Below, one piece after another: positions 12,159-21,343 of a stretch of DNA of 64,000 bases (positions are counted from its first letter, which is position 1; each line of letters starts with the position of its first letter). The stretch is taken from the NCBI GenBank assembly GCA_963668675.2, contig CAXXMB010000001.1, positions 992,001-1,056,000 of the forward strand, written 5' to 3'. The DNA comes from an uncultured Desulfatitalea sp. (GTDB lineage: Bacteria; Desulfobacterota; Desulfobacteria; Desulfobacterales; Desulfosarcinaceae). The translations under genes and the position numbers were made by a program. The notes under the pieces were generated by a model. That model had not been told where the DNA came from and made no database searches. It saw nothing but the letters and a program-made list of their open reading frames with translations.

Positions 12159-12235
12159 GCGCCTGTAGCTCAGCTGGATAGAGTGCCGGACTACGAATCC
12201 GTAGGTCGCAGGTTCGAATCCTGCCAGGCGCGCCA
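12159..12235 (+). tRNA. tRNA-Arg(ACG), left copy (attL)
   Basis: GCGCCTGTAGCTCAG...CT-ACG-AA...GGTTCGAATCC...GCGCGCCA; TTGACA at 12104. Confidence 0.95.
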
Positions 12236-12242
12236 TTTTTTT

Positions 12243-12281
12243 AAAAGGGAATTCAGGGAGTATCACCTGGTTCCCTTTTTT
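12243..12281 (+). terminator. Intrinsic terminator after left tRNA-Arg
   Basis: AAAAGGGAATTCAGG...CCTGGTTCCCTTTTTT hairpin with U-tract. Confidence 0.75.
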
Positions 12282-12302
12282 GTTTGGTGGGTGCGCTGTG
12301 GG

Positions 12303-12324
12303 GGGTGTGTACATAGGGTGTAAT
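12303..12324 (+). repeat. Putative integrase arm-type site (left)
   Basis: GGGTGTGTACATAGGGTGTAAT, 21/22 identical to 24436-24457. Confidence 0.6.
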
Positions 12325-12393
12325 TTTTTGGGGTGTGTGGCCTGTTGTGACACCTCCAATTATTATTAAAATTATATATAAATAATCAGCCTT

Positions 12394-12912
12394 CTATGTC
12401 GCATCCATTTGTTCTCTGAGAGATGCTATTGCGCTATCAATTTTGACAAGGAAATTTTCATGCATCTCTATTGCGGTTTGGATATTTCCGCCATTGATAA
12501 ATATATAACCAGGCAGAGCGTCCGTATCTGATACTTCCCAACACATAATGCTCAATCTCTCCGGTAGCTCTTTAACCAGTGCATGGGCCTTTAATATCAA
12601 TGTAATTTCCTCGAGTGACAGTAATCCTATTTTGTCTATCAACCCGTCGAGGACATTGCCAATCTTGTTTTTGGGAATCAGTGCCGAGTCACCTTCACCT
12701 TTCTTCATGGTTCGGATTCTATCTTTGAAAGCATCGCGCATGCATTCAAGCTCCGAGCATATAGCAGTTCTAACGGCTTTTCTTTCATGAGCAATTTGGT
12801 TCATCCTTTCCTCGCGCACAATCTTCGCATTCTGCTTTAGCGTAAGGATCACACCAATGAACCCTATTATACCTACTATTCCTGTCTGGAAGTCCTTCAG
12901 AATCTCAAACAT
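12394..12912 (-). CDS. Hypothetical protein with N-terminal membrane anchor (island cargo)
   Basis: GIVGIIGFIGVILTL hydrophobic segment; AT-rich. Confidence 0.7.
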   Translation of the reverse strand: MFEILKDFQTGIVGIIGFIGVILTLKQNAKIVREERMNQIAHERKAVRTAICSELECMRDAFKDRIRTMKKGEGDSALIPKNKIGNVLDGLIDKIGLLSLEEITLILKAHALVKELPERLSIMCWEVSDTDALPGYIFINGGNIQTAIEMHENFLVKIDSAIASLREQMDAT

Positions 12913-12945
12913 TGTCTCCGTCCAGAAGAGTTTAATAGCATCGAT

Positions 12946-13335
12946 TCAACCCCACAAGGAGAAGATATAAACGATAAGCAAAGAATACCCAATTATGACT
13001 GCCGCGACCTTAGTGAGCATGCATGTGTGTATAAGTCCAGGCCAAACTCCGCTGTGGCTCAATTCTTCATTTTCTCCTGTTTGTCGCCTCTCATGTCCCT
13101 TGAAAAAGCAGTACCATATAGCATACCCTAATAGATACTGAAGAAGGTCGAAAGTCAAAGATAGGCAGAAAAACAAAAGGGGCTTTAACAGCGCCTCTGG
13201 GATTTTAGGCGCGCTCGTAGACTGGACTTTAAAAAGCCAAATAACAGCGATTCCAGCGAAAGACAGCTGCCTTACCACATCACTTGCTTTAGCTGAAAAC
13301 CATTGATAGTCGGCCTTATAATCTTTCAGCTTCAT
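12946..13335 (-). CDS. Small three-TM membrane protein (island cargo)
   Basis: Three hydrophobic segments; start overlaps the HU stop (ATGA). Confidence 0.7.
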   Translation of the reverse strand: MKLKDYKADYQWFSAKASDVVRQLSFAGIAVIWLFKVQSTSAPKIPEALLKPLLFFCLSLTFDLLQYLLGYAIWYCFFKGHERRQTGENEELSHSGVWPGLIHTCMLTKVAAVIIGYSLLIVYIFSLWG

Positions 13336-13646
13336 TTTCTTCTTGGTCCTGTGTCTCCAGTACCGCTGCCCACTGCTTTCTTCAGTCTATTGCCAACTTT
13401 GAATTTTACGACATTGGATGCCTTTACTTTGAGGACTTCACCAGTTTGTGGGTTACGCGCTTTACGGGCCTTTTTATGGACCTTTTGAAAAGTACCAAAG
13501 CCTCTAAGAGTAACCTTTCCATCCTTTTTTGATAATGAAGTACTAACAGCCTTTACAAATGAATTTAAAGCAGTCCTTGCTGCTGCCTTAGATATACCCG
13601 CATCCTTTGCCATCTTCTCGATTAATTCGTCTTTAGTCATTTTCAA
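13332..13646 (-). CDS. HU-family DNA-binding protein
   Basis: MTKDELIEKMAKDAGISKAAA, LRGFGTF, ARNPQTGE, VKFK. Confidence 0.9.
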   Translation of the reverse strand: MKMTKDELIEKMAKDAGISKAAARTALNSFVKAVSTSLSKKDGKVTLRGFGTFQKVHKKARKARNPQTGEVLKVKASNVVKFKVGNRLKKAVGSGTGDTGPRRK

Positions 13647-14158
13647 CCGTCCTTGCCTTATTCATGGAAAAATACTAATACCTCATATTAACAAAAAGAC
13701 GGAAAGTGTCTTTTACACATTAAGGAATATGGTCAGAGAAGGAACAGGCAAAGCCTTCCCCCTTGTAGCATATCATGCTGATAAATCAAAATATTTACTA
13801 AACACCAACCACACTTTCATTCCCCACACAAAAATCTGATCCGGTATACGTTACCATCTGGTGAGAATTTCCCCCCTTGACCCTCAGGCTCCTCATTGCC
13901 ATCCACAGGCAATCAACACTCTACCCGGCACAGCACCAAGGTCCGGCCCGGCGCGTGGATAATACAACAGGAGCCACAGAACCACGGAGCACAGGCCTCA
14001 TGATGTCAACGCATAAGGCATCAAGAGGGATACCCATGGCATAACAGATGGTTACCGACAATCTACACCGAGGAGCGGCACAAAGTGTGGCGGATTAGTT
14101 TGCCCACTATAGAAGTAACTGGGCGTTTTTCGCAGCCGCGCCTAAGCGGCGCTCAAGA

Positions 14159-14788
14159 CTACCCAGCAGCAACCGGGACAAGACCACGACTCGACACAAA
14201 GTGTTTCATGGTCGACCACGAGACAGAATAGATCCGGGCGACGTTGGCAAGGTTCACACCTTTATCGAGGTATCCTTTTATATCAGCCTCCTTGCCGTCC
14301 AGCTTTGAGCTGGTGGTTCCTTTGGGTCTGCCCAGGAGCTTACCTTCGGCCCTTGCCCTCTTCAGTCCTTCCTTGGTCCGTTCCGACACCAGGTCTCTCT
14401 CAATCTCAGCAAACAGAGAAAACATGGTCAGCATGACTTTGGTGGACATGTCGCGCTTCCCATTGATTTCCATGCCTTCCTTTATACAAACCACCTTGAC
14501 GCCCTGCTTAACGAACCCTTCGACCAGGACAGCTATCTGACCAACCGACCGGGCCAACCGGGACAGCTCAGCAAGGATAAGGGTGTCTCCCTGCTTCAGC
14601 GTTTCTTTCAGCTCGTCCAGCTTTCGCCTTTCAGCCGATTTCCTGGAGGATGCCTGAACCTCTACCCAATGGTCGACGTTGCCGCCTTTCTTGTTGACGT
14701 GCTCAAGGATGCTCAGGCGCTGGTTGTCTGTGGTCTGCTTGTCAGTCGAGACTCGGATGTAACCGATGGTGCGATGCTTGGTTGCCAT
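14159..14788 (-). CDS. Serine recombinase (resolvase) with C-terminal HTH
   Basis: GYIRVST catalytic motif, ELSRLARS, FAEIERDLVSERTKEGL, LGRP. Confidence 0.92.
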   Translation of the reverse strand: MATKHRTIGYIRVSTDKQTTDNQRLSILEHVNKKGGNVDHWVEVQASSRKSAERRKLDELKETLKQGDTLILAELSRLARSVGQIAVLVEGFVKQGVKVVCIKEGMEINGKRDMSTKVMLTMFSLFAEIERDLVSERTKEGLKRARAEGKLLGRPKGTTSSKLDGKEADIKGYLDKGVNLANVARIYSVSWSTMKHFVSSRGLVPVAAG

Positions 14789-15106
14789 GGTAGCTGCCCT
14801 CCTTTGTGTGGTTTCACTAAGAAAACGTCATTTCAGATTTATTCCCTAGCAAGGTTCACCGAGGAAGTCTAGCCTTTTCTTGCTGAACACGGCAGAAAGT
14901 TAACGTTCGTTTTATTGGTGATTTGAGGACCTGAGGGTGGTCTGTAATATACCGGTATCGTTTGGGATTATTTTTCCCTCACTATAGAATCTTTTTTGGT
15001 CACTAAGCGACTTCCTCAGTCAAAACCCAGCCTAAAATTTCAAAACATATAACCACCAATTAATCAGCCGCTTTGCAGCGGCACTAATAAGAAAGGAGGC
15101 ATACAC

Positions 15107-15550
15107 ATGCCTAAAAAGCGATACCAGGGCGGAACGCCCAATGCACAAAAGCCCATGAAGCAACTTCAAGCACGGATCGAGGGCAAGTCCACGATGGTCT
15201 GCGCCCATCTCGATGAGATGCACATGAAGTGGCTGGAGGGCATACAGGGGTTTTGTCAGAACGGCATGCACCTGGACCCATCGAAACCCGTGGTTATCGC
15301 CAGGGCTCTTGAGGTCTACTTTTGGATGCTTGCCAACAAGCTCATCGATATCCGGGTTAAGGAAGAGAATGGGCAGCTTGATCCTGGTGAGTTCCTTGAG
15401 CACCTCGCTGGGGCTCTTTACGAGGAGCGTACAGCCCTTCTCAGATCAGCTAACCGGATATCCTCAAGTGCCACCGACACGCAGTTCCAGGCTCAGGGGG
15501 TGGAGACCATAATAGGAAAGGAGAAGAAGGATGGCAGCAAAGACAGATAA
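15107..15550 (+). CDS. Hypothetical protein
   Basis: 147 aa with strong RBS AAAGGAGG. Confidence 0.7.
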   Translation: MPKKRYQGGTPNAQKPMKQLQARIEGKSTMVCAHLDEMHMKWLEGIQGFCQNGMHLDPSKPVVIARALEVYFWMLANKLIDIRVKEENGQLDPGEFLEHLAGALYEERTALLRSANRISSSATDTQFQAQGVETIIGKEKKDGSKDR

Positions 15551-15854
15551 ACCGATGGACTTCAGAGCCAAACGGCAGGAGCTCCTCGGTCTCTGGGAGC
15601 GCATGTTCAAGCTGTGTGATGCCCTGGTGGCCTCCGCCGAGAAGGGAGAGAAGGACCTCAAGGCGTCCATGGTGAAGGAGCTGAACGGGTTCCTGAAGCT
15701 CTCCAAGGACATCCTGGACACTGCCGAGCAAGAAGCAGAGCAAGAGCAGCTAAGGCTTTCGTTTGGAGAAGAGATGGGAGACGAGGAGTTCGAGGACATT
15801 AAGGATACCTACGACTATAGCGACTTCCACCAGGCAAAGAAGATGAACTACTAA
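15531..15854 (+). CDS. Hypothetical helical protein with acidic tail (possible small-terminase-like)
   Basis: 107 aa overlapping the previous ORF; function is inference only. Confidence 0.6.
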   Translation: MAAKTDKPMDFRAKRQELLGLWERMFKLCDALVASAEKGEKDLKASMVKELNGFLKLSKDILDTAEQEAEQEQLRLSFGEEMGDEEFEDIKDTYDYSDFHQAKKMNY

Positions 15855-15879
15855 ATCAATCAAAACAGAAAGGACCGCT

Positions 15880-16212
15880 ATGAATATTTTCATCATGTTA
15901 AGCCGCTTAATGTCAAAAGAACAAGATGCCCCCTCAGACGAACTGGTGAAAGCAATGTCTCAAGTTCTCACCTCATTGAATAAAATGGGTTGCATTGAAG
16001 AAAGTGATGCAATTAGCGACCTTTTCATGGATAGGAAATACACAGAAAGCCTTATGCTTGCCCGTGATGTCTATAAAAAACGAGCACTTCCATGCCTTAC
16101 CGATACGCTCGAGGCAAAAGGCTTTGTGTTTGCTGCGAAGGAGATAAGAGAACGCAACTATGATGACAGTGCCCTGGACTTAGCGTTGGAGATTGTCGAT
16201 CAAATTTCTTAG
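15880..16212 (+). CDS. Hypothetical protein
   Basis: 110 aa, RBS AAAGGA. Confidence 0.65.
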   Translation: MNIFIMLSRLMSKEQDAPSDELVKAMSQVLTSLNKMGCIEESDAISDLFMDRKYTESLMLARDVYKKRALPCLTDTLEAKGFVFAAKEIRERNYDDSALDLALEIVDQIS

Positions 16213-16287
16213 CTAAGGATAAGTACGACGGCTGCTAAACAACTAAACAGATACCAAAGTCAAAGCTAAAGGAGGCTTACAGACACC

Positions 16288-18240
16288 ATGCAGACAGCAT
16301 TTGATTTCAACACACAGACCGGTTTCAACCAATACATTGACCTTGATACCTTTGTCACCAGGATGGAGCAGCACTGGACGGAAGAGCTGGAGAACGTATC
16401 GAGCCCGGCTCTCAGGGCCGCCTGGAGGCAAATTGCAGCAGTATTCAAGGCTCACATCATGGACCACGACAAACCCGAAGGCAGCAGGCGCTGGAATGTC
16501 CTAAGCCCTCCCACCGGATCCGGGAAGACAGAATCATCTATTATATACTGCGCCATGCTGGCCGACCTGGACGACTTCTTCCACCCAGGTGCCCTGATCA
16601 TTACCAGACTGATTGACGACTGTGACCGTATCGCTGAGCGTATCAACCAGTACGGCAGCCGGGAAACAGCCATAGCGTTTCACTCTAAGGCTAAGGTGAA
16701 GCTGACCGCCCTTGCATCCTATCCCGTGGTGGTAATCACACACCGGGCATATGAGCAGGCGTTGGACCATCTCGGTGGTCATGGGGAAATCCGACAGACA
16801 TGGCCTTTCTTCCATAACCGAAGCGGAGGAGACACACGAAGGCTGATCATCGTGGATGAGTGTCTGGACATCGTGGAGCATTCCAAAGCAGGTCTTGACG
16901 GTCTCAGGCAGACCCTTGGGGCCATACCGCAGTTTATGCGAGAGAGGTTCCCTCAAGAAGTCAACGCTCTGCAATCTGTCATCCGGGATTTTGAGACCAT
17001 GGCTGAGAAGGCCAAGCAGGCCGCAGCCCGGGAGACCATGTTGGTCAAGGCCCCACTGCATGAAAGGGGGCTGGTCCCGGAAGAAGCTCTTCCCGATATG
17101 TCTCCTTTGGTACAGGCCCTGGACGATATCCGGTTCGATTGGAAGGACCAGACAGCCAACAATCGGCAGAGGGAGACACACAGGAAACGGCTCAAGGCCC
17201 TTCACTATACTTTCAGGTCGTGGATCTACTACGGCAAGTATAAGGCCGATCACACCATGAACACTGCCCGGCTGTTGATTCCCGAGGGGGTCAAGGGGGC
17301 AGTCGTAATGGATGCCACGGCATCGACCAATATCGTTTATGACCTTCATAAGGACAGCCACCGTTTGATCAGCCCGGAGGGTGTGAGGGATTACCGCAAT
17401 GTAACCATGCACATCTCCAAGGGCCACAACATTGGAAAGAACACTATGACCAAGGAGGCCAAGCAGATCACCTCGGACCTCATGCAGTCACTCAATCCAA
17501 TACTGAGAGACCGGAAGGCACTGATCATTTGCCACAAGGACGTCGAGTCTGTTCTTCAGAAGTACGAGACCACCTTCGAACTTCAGACAGGCCACTGGGG
17601 TGCAATCGACGGCTCTAACGAATGGAGAGACTGTGACACAGCCGTGGTGTTCGGCCTTCCCTATCTGCCCGACACATGGACAGCTAATGTGTTCATGGCT
17701 CTTCAGGGGCCCCAGGGCACCGAGTGGCTGAGATCCGACGGAGACCGACCTTTCGGAGACCATCAAGATATAAGGAAGGCCTTGAAGTGGGGGCAATTGT
17801 CGACCTCCATTATTCAGGCCATTAACCGTGTCAGATGCCGAAAGGTGGTAGACGAACAAGGGAACTGCCCGAAGACCGACATCTATATGCTACTGCCGAA
17901 GGGTAACGCCGCCGAGGCAGTGCTGAATGACATCAGACAGGCTATGCCAGGTATCAAGGTGGTCGAGAATTGGAAGTTCAAGAAGAACGCTAAGAAGGCC
18001 CGTGGGTCTAAGTTTGAGCCTGCCTTGGTGAAATTCATGGAGAACCTTAGCACCGGTTCAAAGCTCCCGATGTCTGCTGTTGGGCGAAGGCTTGGGACGT
18101 CACCCAAGGTTTTGCAGACACTCACCGCAAAGCTGAAAGACACCTCCTCCAATCTATGCAAAGCAATGACCGAAGCAAGGGCAAGGCTGGAGGTCTCAGG
18201 TGAAGGCCGGGGGAGCAGGGTTTACCTTGTGAAAGACTGA
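16288..18240 (+). CDS. SF2/DEAD-like helicase, probable replication protein
   Basis: Walker A PPTGSGKT, Walker B IIVDE, motif III-like DATAS, motif VI-like QAINRVRCR, HTH-like C-terminus; RBS AAAGGAGG. Confidence 0.8.
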   Translation: MQTAFDFNTQTGFNQYIDLDTFVTRMEQHWTEELENVSSPALRAAWRQIAAVFKAHIMDHDKPEGSRRWNVLSPPTGSGKTESSIIYCAMLADLDDFFHPGALIITRLIDDCDRIAERINQYGSRETAIAFHSKAKVKLTALASYPVVVITHRAYEQALDHLGGHGEIRQTWPFFHNRSGGDTRRLIIVDECLDIVEHSKAGLDGLRQTLGAIPQFMRERFPQEVNALQSVIRDFETMAEKAKQAAARETMLVKAPLHERGLVPEEALPDMSPLVQALDDIRFDWKDQTANNRQRETHRKRLKALHYTFRSWIYYGKYKADHTMNTARLLIPEGVKGAVVMDATASTNIVYDLHKDSHRLISPEGVRDYRNVTMHISKGHNIGKNTMTKEAKQITSDLMQSLNPILRDRKALIICHKDVESVLQKYETTFELQTGHWGAIDGSNEWRDCDTAVVFGLPYLPDTWTANVFMALQGPQGTEWLRSDGDRPFGDHQDIRKALKWGQLSTSIIQAINRVRCRKVVDEQGNCPKTDIYMLLPKGNAAEAVLNDIRQAMPGIKVVENWKFKKNAKKARGSKFEPALVKFMENLSTGSKLPMSAVGRRLGTSPKVLQTLTAKLKDTSSNLCKAMTEARARLEVSGEGRGSRVYLVKD

Positions 18241-18377
18241 ACGGCCCTCATCCTAATTAACCTTTGTATATTCGTTCTTATAGACTTTAGGATAATTAGC
18301 TCCGACATAAAGACCACTGAAAGACTACCCATGTAATGGGAATCACAGAGAGACCACCTAACGACTTTGTATCCTCT

Positions 18378-18440
18378 GTGTAGTCTGTATGCTGTAGTCT
18401 GTATGCTACATGCTGTATGCTGCATTCTGTATGCTGTCTT
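18378..18440 (+). repeat. Tandem array of nine 7-mers (CTGTATG every 14 bp)
   Basis: gtgtagt-ctgtatg-ctgtagt-ctgtatg-ctacatg-ctgtatg-ctgcatt-ctgtatg-ctgtctt. Confidence 0.85.
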
Positions 18441-18831
18441 GGTTGTAGGATAAACCTACAGATGCAACCGAGGATAGTAGATCCCCTGTCATGCTCAGGC
18501 AAAGTCAATGAAGTCCTCCCACTTAGTCCTGAGGTATCAGGGGGTGTCTTCCTTATGGGGTGTGTCTTTCCCTTCCCAAGCCAAGCTATAGACGTCCGAC
18601 GGCACCAACGTCCATAGCTCACCCACTTCCACCTTCACCAGAACCCACAACGTGATGAACCATGAATAGGCCGAGGTCTTCCTTCATGGTCAAGTTGAGT
18701 GGATACTTCTGTGTGGAGGTGGGGGTGGTCTTTAATTATGTCGCGTGTCTGTCTGTGTGTATGGCTCTTAAGGATTCCCCAAGCGGTTCTTAATGAACTC
18801 CCACAGACTCCCCACAACAACCTTTTAACCG

Positions 18832-19488
18832 TTGATCAAGGAGAACACATCCACCATCATGCCAATGTATGCCAACATATCCGAAGCACGTAGAGCAAAC
18901 GAACGCCTTGCCTGCAAGGTCAAAGGATGCACCGAGAACCGATACAGGATCTCGGGCTACTGCCGCAGACACAATGCAATCAACAGTATCTACGGTTCCC
19001 CCTACCACAAGCGAATCGATGCCCGGGACTACGCCATGGAGACCGTTGAGTGTCTCGGGGTAATCAGCAAGAACCACCTCAAGAACCACCAGGGGGTCCT
19101 TTTCGGTCTAAGATTCTTTCACCAGTGGCTAACCGATGCCGCCGAAGGAAAACCACGGACACCTGCTTCTGCCGACATGAAGCGTCTTTATGACGCCGGA
19201 ATAACCCCCACAGACCTCCTTACCACCTCGGCTGCCATGGTCCTATTTCAAAGCCGGTACCCTTTGCGGATCCGGGATGGTCGACACCTCAATTATTGCA
19301 TCGGTACCCGGATCCTTCGAAGTGCATCTAATCCAGGCATACTTAGAGGGCCCCAGGTCCGGGAGGTCGGAGAGCACGTCTGGAATAACCTAAAGGTACT
19401 TCTGGTGAACATCGCAAACACCATCCAGAGAAAAGAAGCGGACAACCAGGAAAACCTCAAAGCCATGTACAAGGAGCTATTGATATGA
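18832..19488 (+). CDS. Hypothetical protein with N-terminal Cys/His (zinc-binding-like) motif
   Basis: CKVKGC-x10-CRRH; true start probably a few codons downstream, after an AAGGAG. Confidence 0.7.
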   Translation: MIKENTSTIMPMYANISEARRANERLACKVKGCTENRYRISGYCRRHNAINSIYGSPYHKRIDARDYAMETVECLGVISKNHLKNHQGVLFGLRFFHQWLTDAAEGKPRTPASADMKRLYDAGITPTDLLTTSAAMVLFQSRYPLRIRDGRHLNYCIGTRILRSASNPGILRGPQVREVGEHVWNNLKVLLVNIANTIQRKEADNQENLKAMYKELLI

Positions 19489-19766
19489 CTGATGCTAATC
19501 CTGTCAACTTTGTTTCTACCATTACTAAGAAGCCTAAGCCAAAAGGCAAGCCACACTCAACCCTCATGCTTCCCGATGAGGTCAGGCTGGTCTTCCCCGT
19601 GCTGGTCCCTAAGCGATACAGTGTCGACCCGAACTCATACAAGGCCTACACTCCCGAAGAGGCCGAGGCAAAGGGTTTCATAAGGTTCCACACTAAACCG
19701 GAAGACGGTAACGGCTCCTGGAAGCTCGAGCTCTACTGGGATGTCGAGCTGACGTTTCGTTCTTAA
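19485..19766 (+). CDS. Hypothetical protein
   Basis: ATGA overlap with the upstream ORF; RBS AAGGAG. Confidence 0.65.
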   Translation: MTDANPVNFVSTITKKPKPKGKPHSTLMLPDEVRLVFPVLVPKRYSVDPNSYKAYTPEEAEAKGFIRFHTKPEDGNGSWKLELYWDVELTFRS

Positions 19767-19800
19767 CCCTCAAAGACAAAAGAAAGGAGGTGATGCGTAG

Positions 19801-19917
19801 ATGTTAGAGAGTCTGATAGGTGACGCCATCGGTTTTAGTATGGTCGCTGCCTGTGTATACGGTTATGTCTCGGCCTTTATCGATTGGCGTGAGCGCTCGT
19901 CTCGCCGCCGCCCGTAA
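19801..19917 (+). CDS. 38-aa single-TM peptide
   Basis: MLESLIGDAIGFSMVAACVYGYVSAFIDWRERSSRRRP after a perfect RBS AAAGGAGGTGAT; below the ORF-track cutoff. Confidence 0.6.
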   Translation: MLESLIGDAIGFSMVAACVYGYVSAFIDWRERSSRRRP

Positions 19918-20039
19918 CGCCCCATAAGGCCTTTTCCTTCCACCTTCTTATCCCTTTAACCCAGTAATATCCCTATTTCACCGTTTCTCAATAATTTTTA
20001 CCACCCTTTATTCAGGTATATAACGAAAGGAATAACAAT

Positions 20040-20918
20040 ATGGCATCTGTCAAAAGTCAAAGTGGACCAAGAACAATCACAGTAACATCCCCTATGGGAA
20101 GCGCCCCAGACCTCAGCCCCAGCGTAACCAAGACCTCTGCGTCACATTACGAAACCGACACCAGAGGCAGACAGATCAACGCCCGAACAGGACAAATGGA
20201 TGCTTTGCCAAGCGGAGAGATTCAGCCTTCCCGTGACATGCACTCAGCCTTTCCAGGAATCCTCGGCACTGCCCGGACCATCGGTGGCAGCCCCATCAAC
20301 GACATGTCCAAGATAAACGACAACACCCGGGTAACCATCCAGGGTGCTGAATGTGAAGTCGGCACGGCTGTCCAGATGGGATACCTTGTGAAACACGCTG
20401 ACGGCACCTATGCGGAACCCGGTAGCGGTTCCTCAAAGAATACCATAAGTGTCGAACGTGGAAACAAGGCGAAGGCCCAGCAGCAGGCCCAGCAGGCCAA
20501 ACGGACTGACTTCGTGGGTGCCAGTAACAAGCGGGTCTTGAACAAGATGAAAGAGAAGGGCGGCGACAAACACACCGATGCCCTTGTCAGCAAGGCTTTG
20601 GCTGTTGCCGTTTCTGAACCGAATCTCTCAGGTGAATCCGTATCGGGTGACCGTCTGGCTAAAGAGATGGAACGGGCCTTTGGTTTGGAGCCCCTGGAAT
20701 CAGCGACTTTCATGGAAAATGTCCTTAACGAAATCCAAGACAATGCAGCGCGATACATGACCAAGAACATGGGCGTCGATGGTCACAAGGTCATGATGTT
20801 CATGCACGATAAGCTGTCCAAGACCGCCCAGGTATCTATCATGACCGGGCTGTACCATGGCAGCAAGGCAACGCTTCATCAGTTGGTGACTATGTATAAG
20901 AACGGGGATAGGGTGTAG
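20040..20918 (+). CDS. Hypothetical protein (292 aa)
   Basis: RBS GAAAGGAA; followed by a purine/pyrimidine hairpin at about 20931-20977. Confidence 0.75.
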   Translation: MASVKSQSGPRTITVTSPMGSAPDLSPSVTKTSASHYETDTRGRQINARTGQMDALPSGEIQPSRDMHSAFPGILGTARTIGGSPINDMSKINDNTRVTIQGAECEVGTAVQMGYLVKHADGTYAEPGSGSSKNTISVERGNKAKAQQQAQQAKRTDFVGASNKRVLNKMKEKGGDKHTDALVSKALAVAVSEPNLSGESVSGDRLAKEMERAFGLEPLESATFMENVLNEIQDNAARYMTKNMGVDGHKVMMFMHDKLSKTAQVSIMTGLYHGSKATLHQLVTMYKNGDRV

Positions 20919-21343
20919 TAGTATATCGGAAGGTGGAGGGGGAGGGGTCATTGGGGCTTCTCCTCCCTTCCTCTCCTCAATGCATATCTATCTCTCACAT
21001 AAAATCCCCGTCGAGACCTGATATACAACATATGTAAAATTTGGCTTGACAGACAACAAGATGTTGATGTATACATGTAAATATTCTGCACTGCACTTTT
21101 TACTTCGAATCCCTGTGAAACCCCTTAATGGTGTCGCTAAGGTTATAGGTGATCGATGAGAGCCATGCAGAATCCCATCCAAGTCATATCTCTCAGCGCA
21201 TCAACTTCAAACCATAGGAAATTTTAATCTATTTAAAACTGATTGGATGGGATTCATTAGGCGTGACGATGAATTTTGATAGCTTTATTCAGCAACTTTT
21301 TGAGAATTACGGGACTGCAGGACTTCTCATTGGATCGGTTGTA

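Noticed and set aside
12144..12359. ORFs overlapping tRNA genes (also 9769-10089)
   Set aside because: Shadow translations of tRNA and terminator sequence
15810..15820. TACGACTATAG as a third phage-type promoter
   Set aside because: Within coding sequence (YDYS) and lacks the CACTATAGAA core and GGATTA element of the other two sites
18378..18440. Repeat array as a CRISPR
   Set aside because: 7-bp tandem units without spacers; no cas genes
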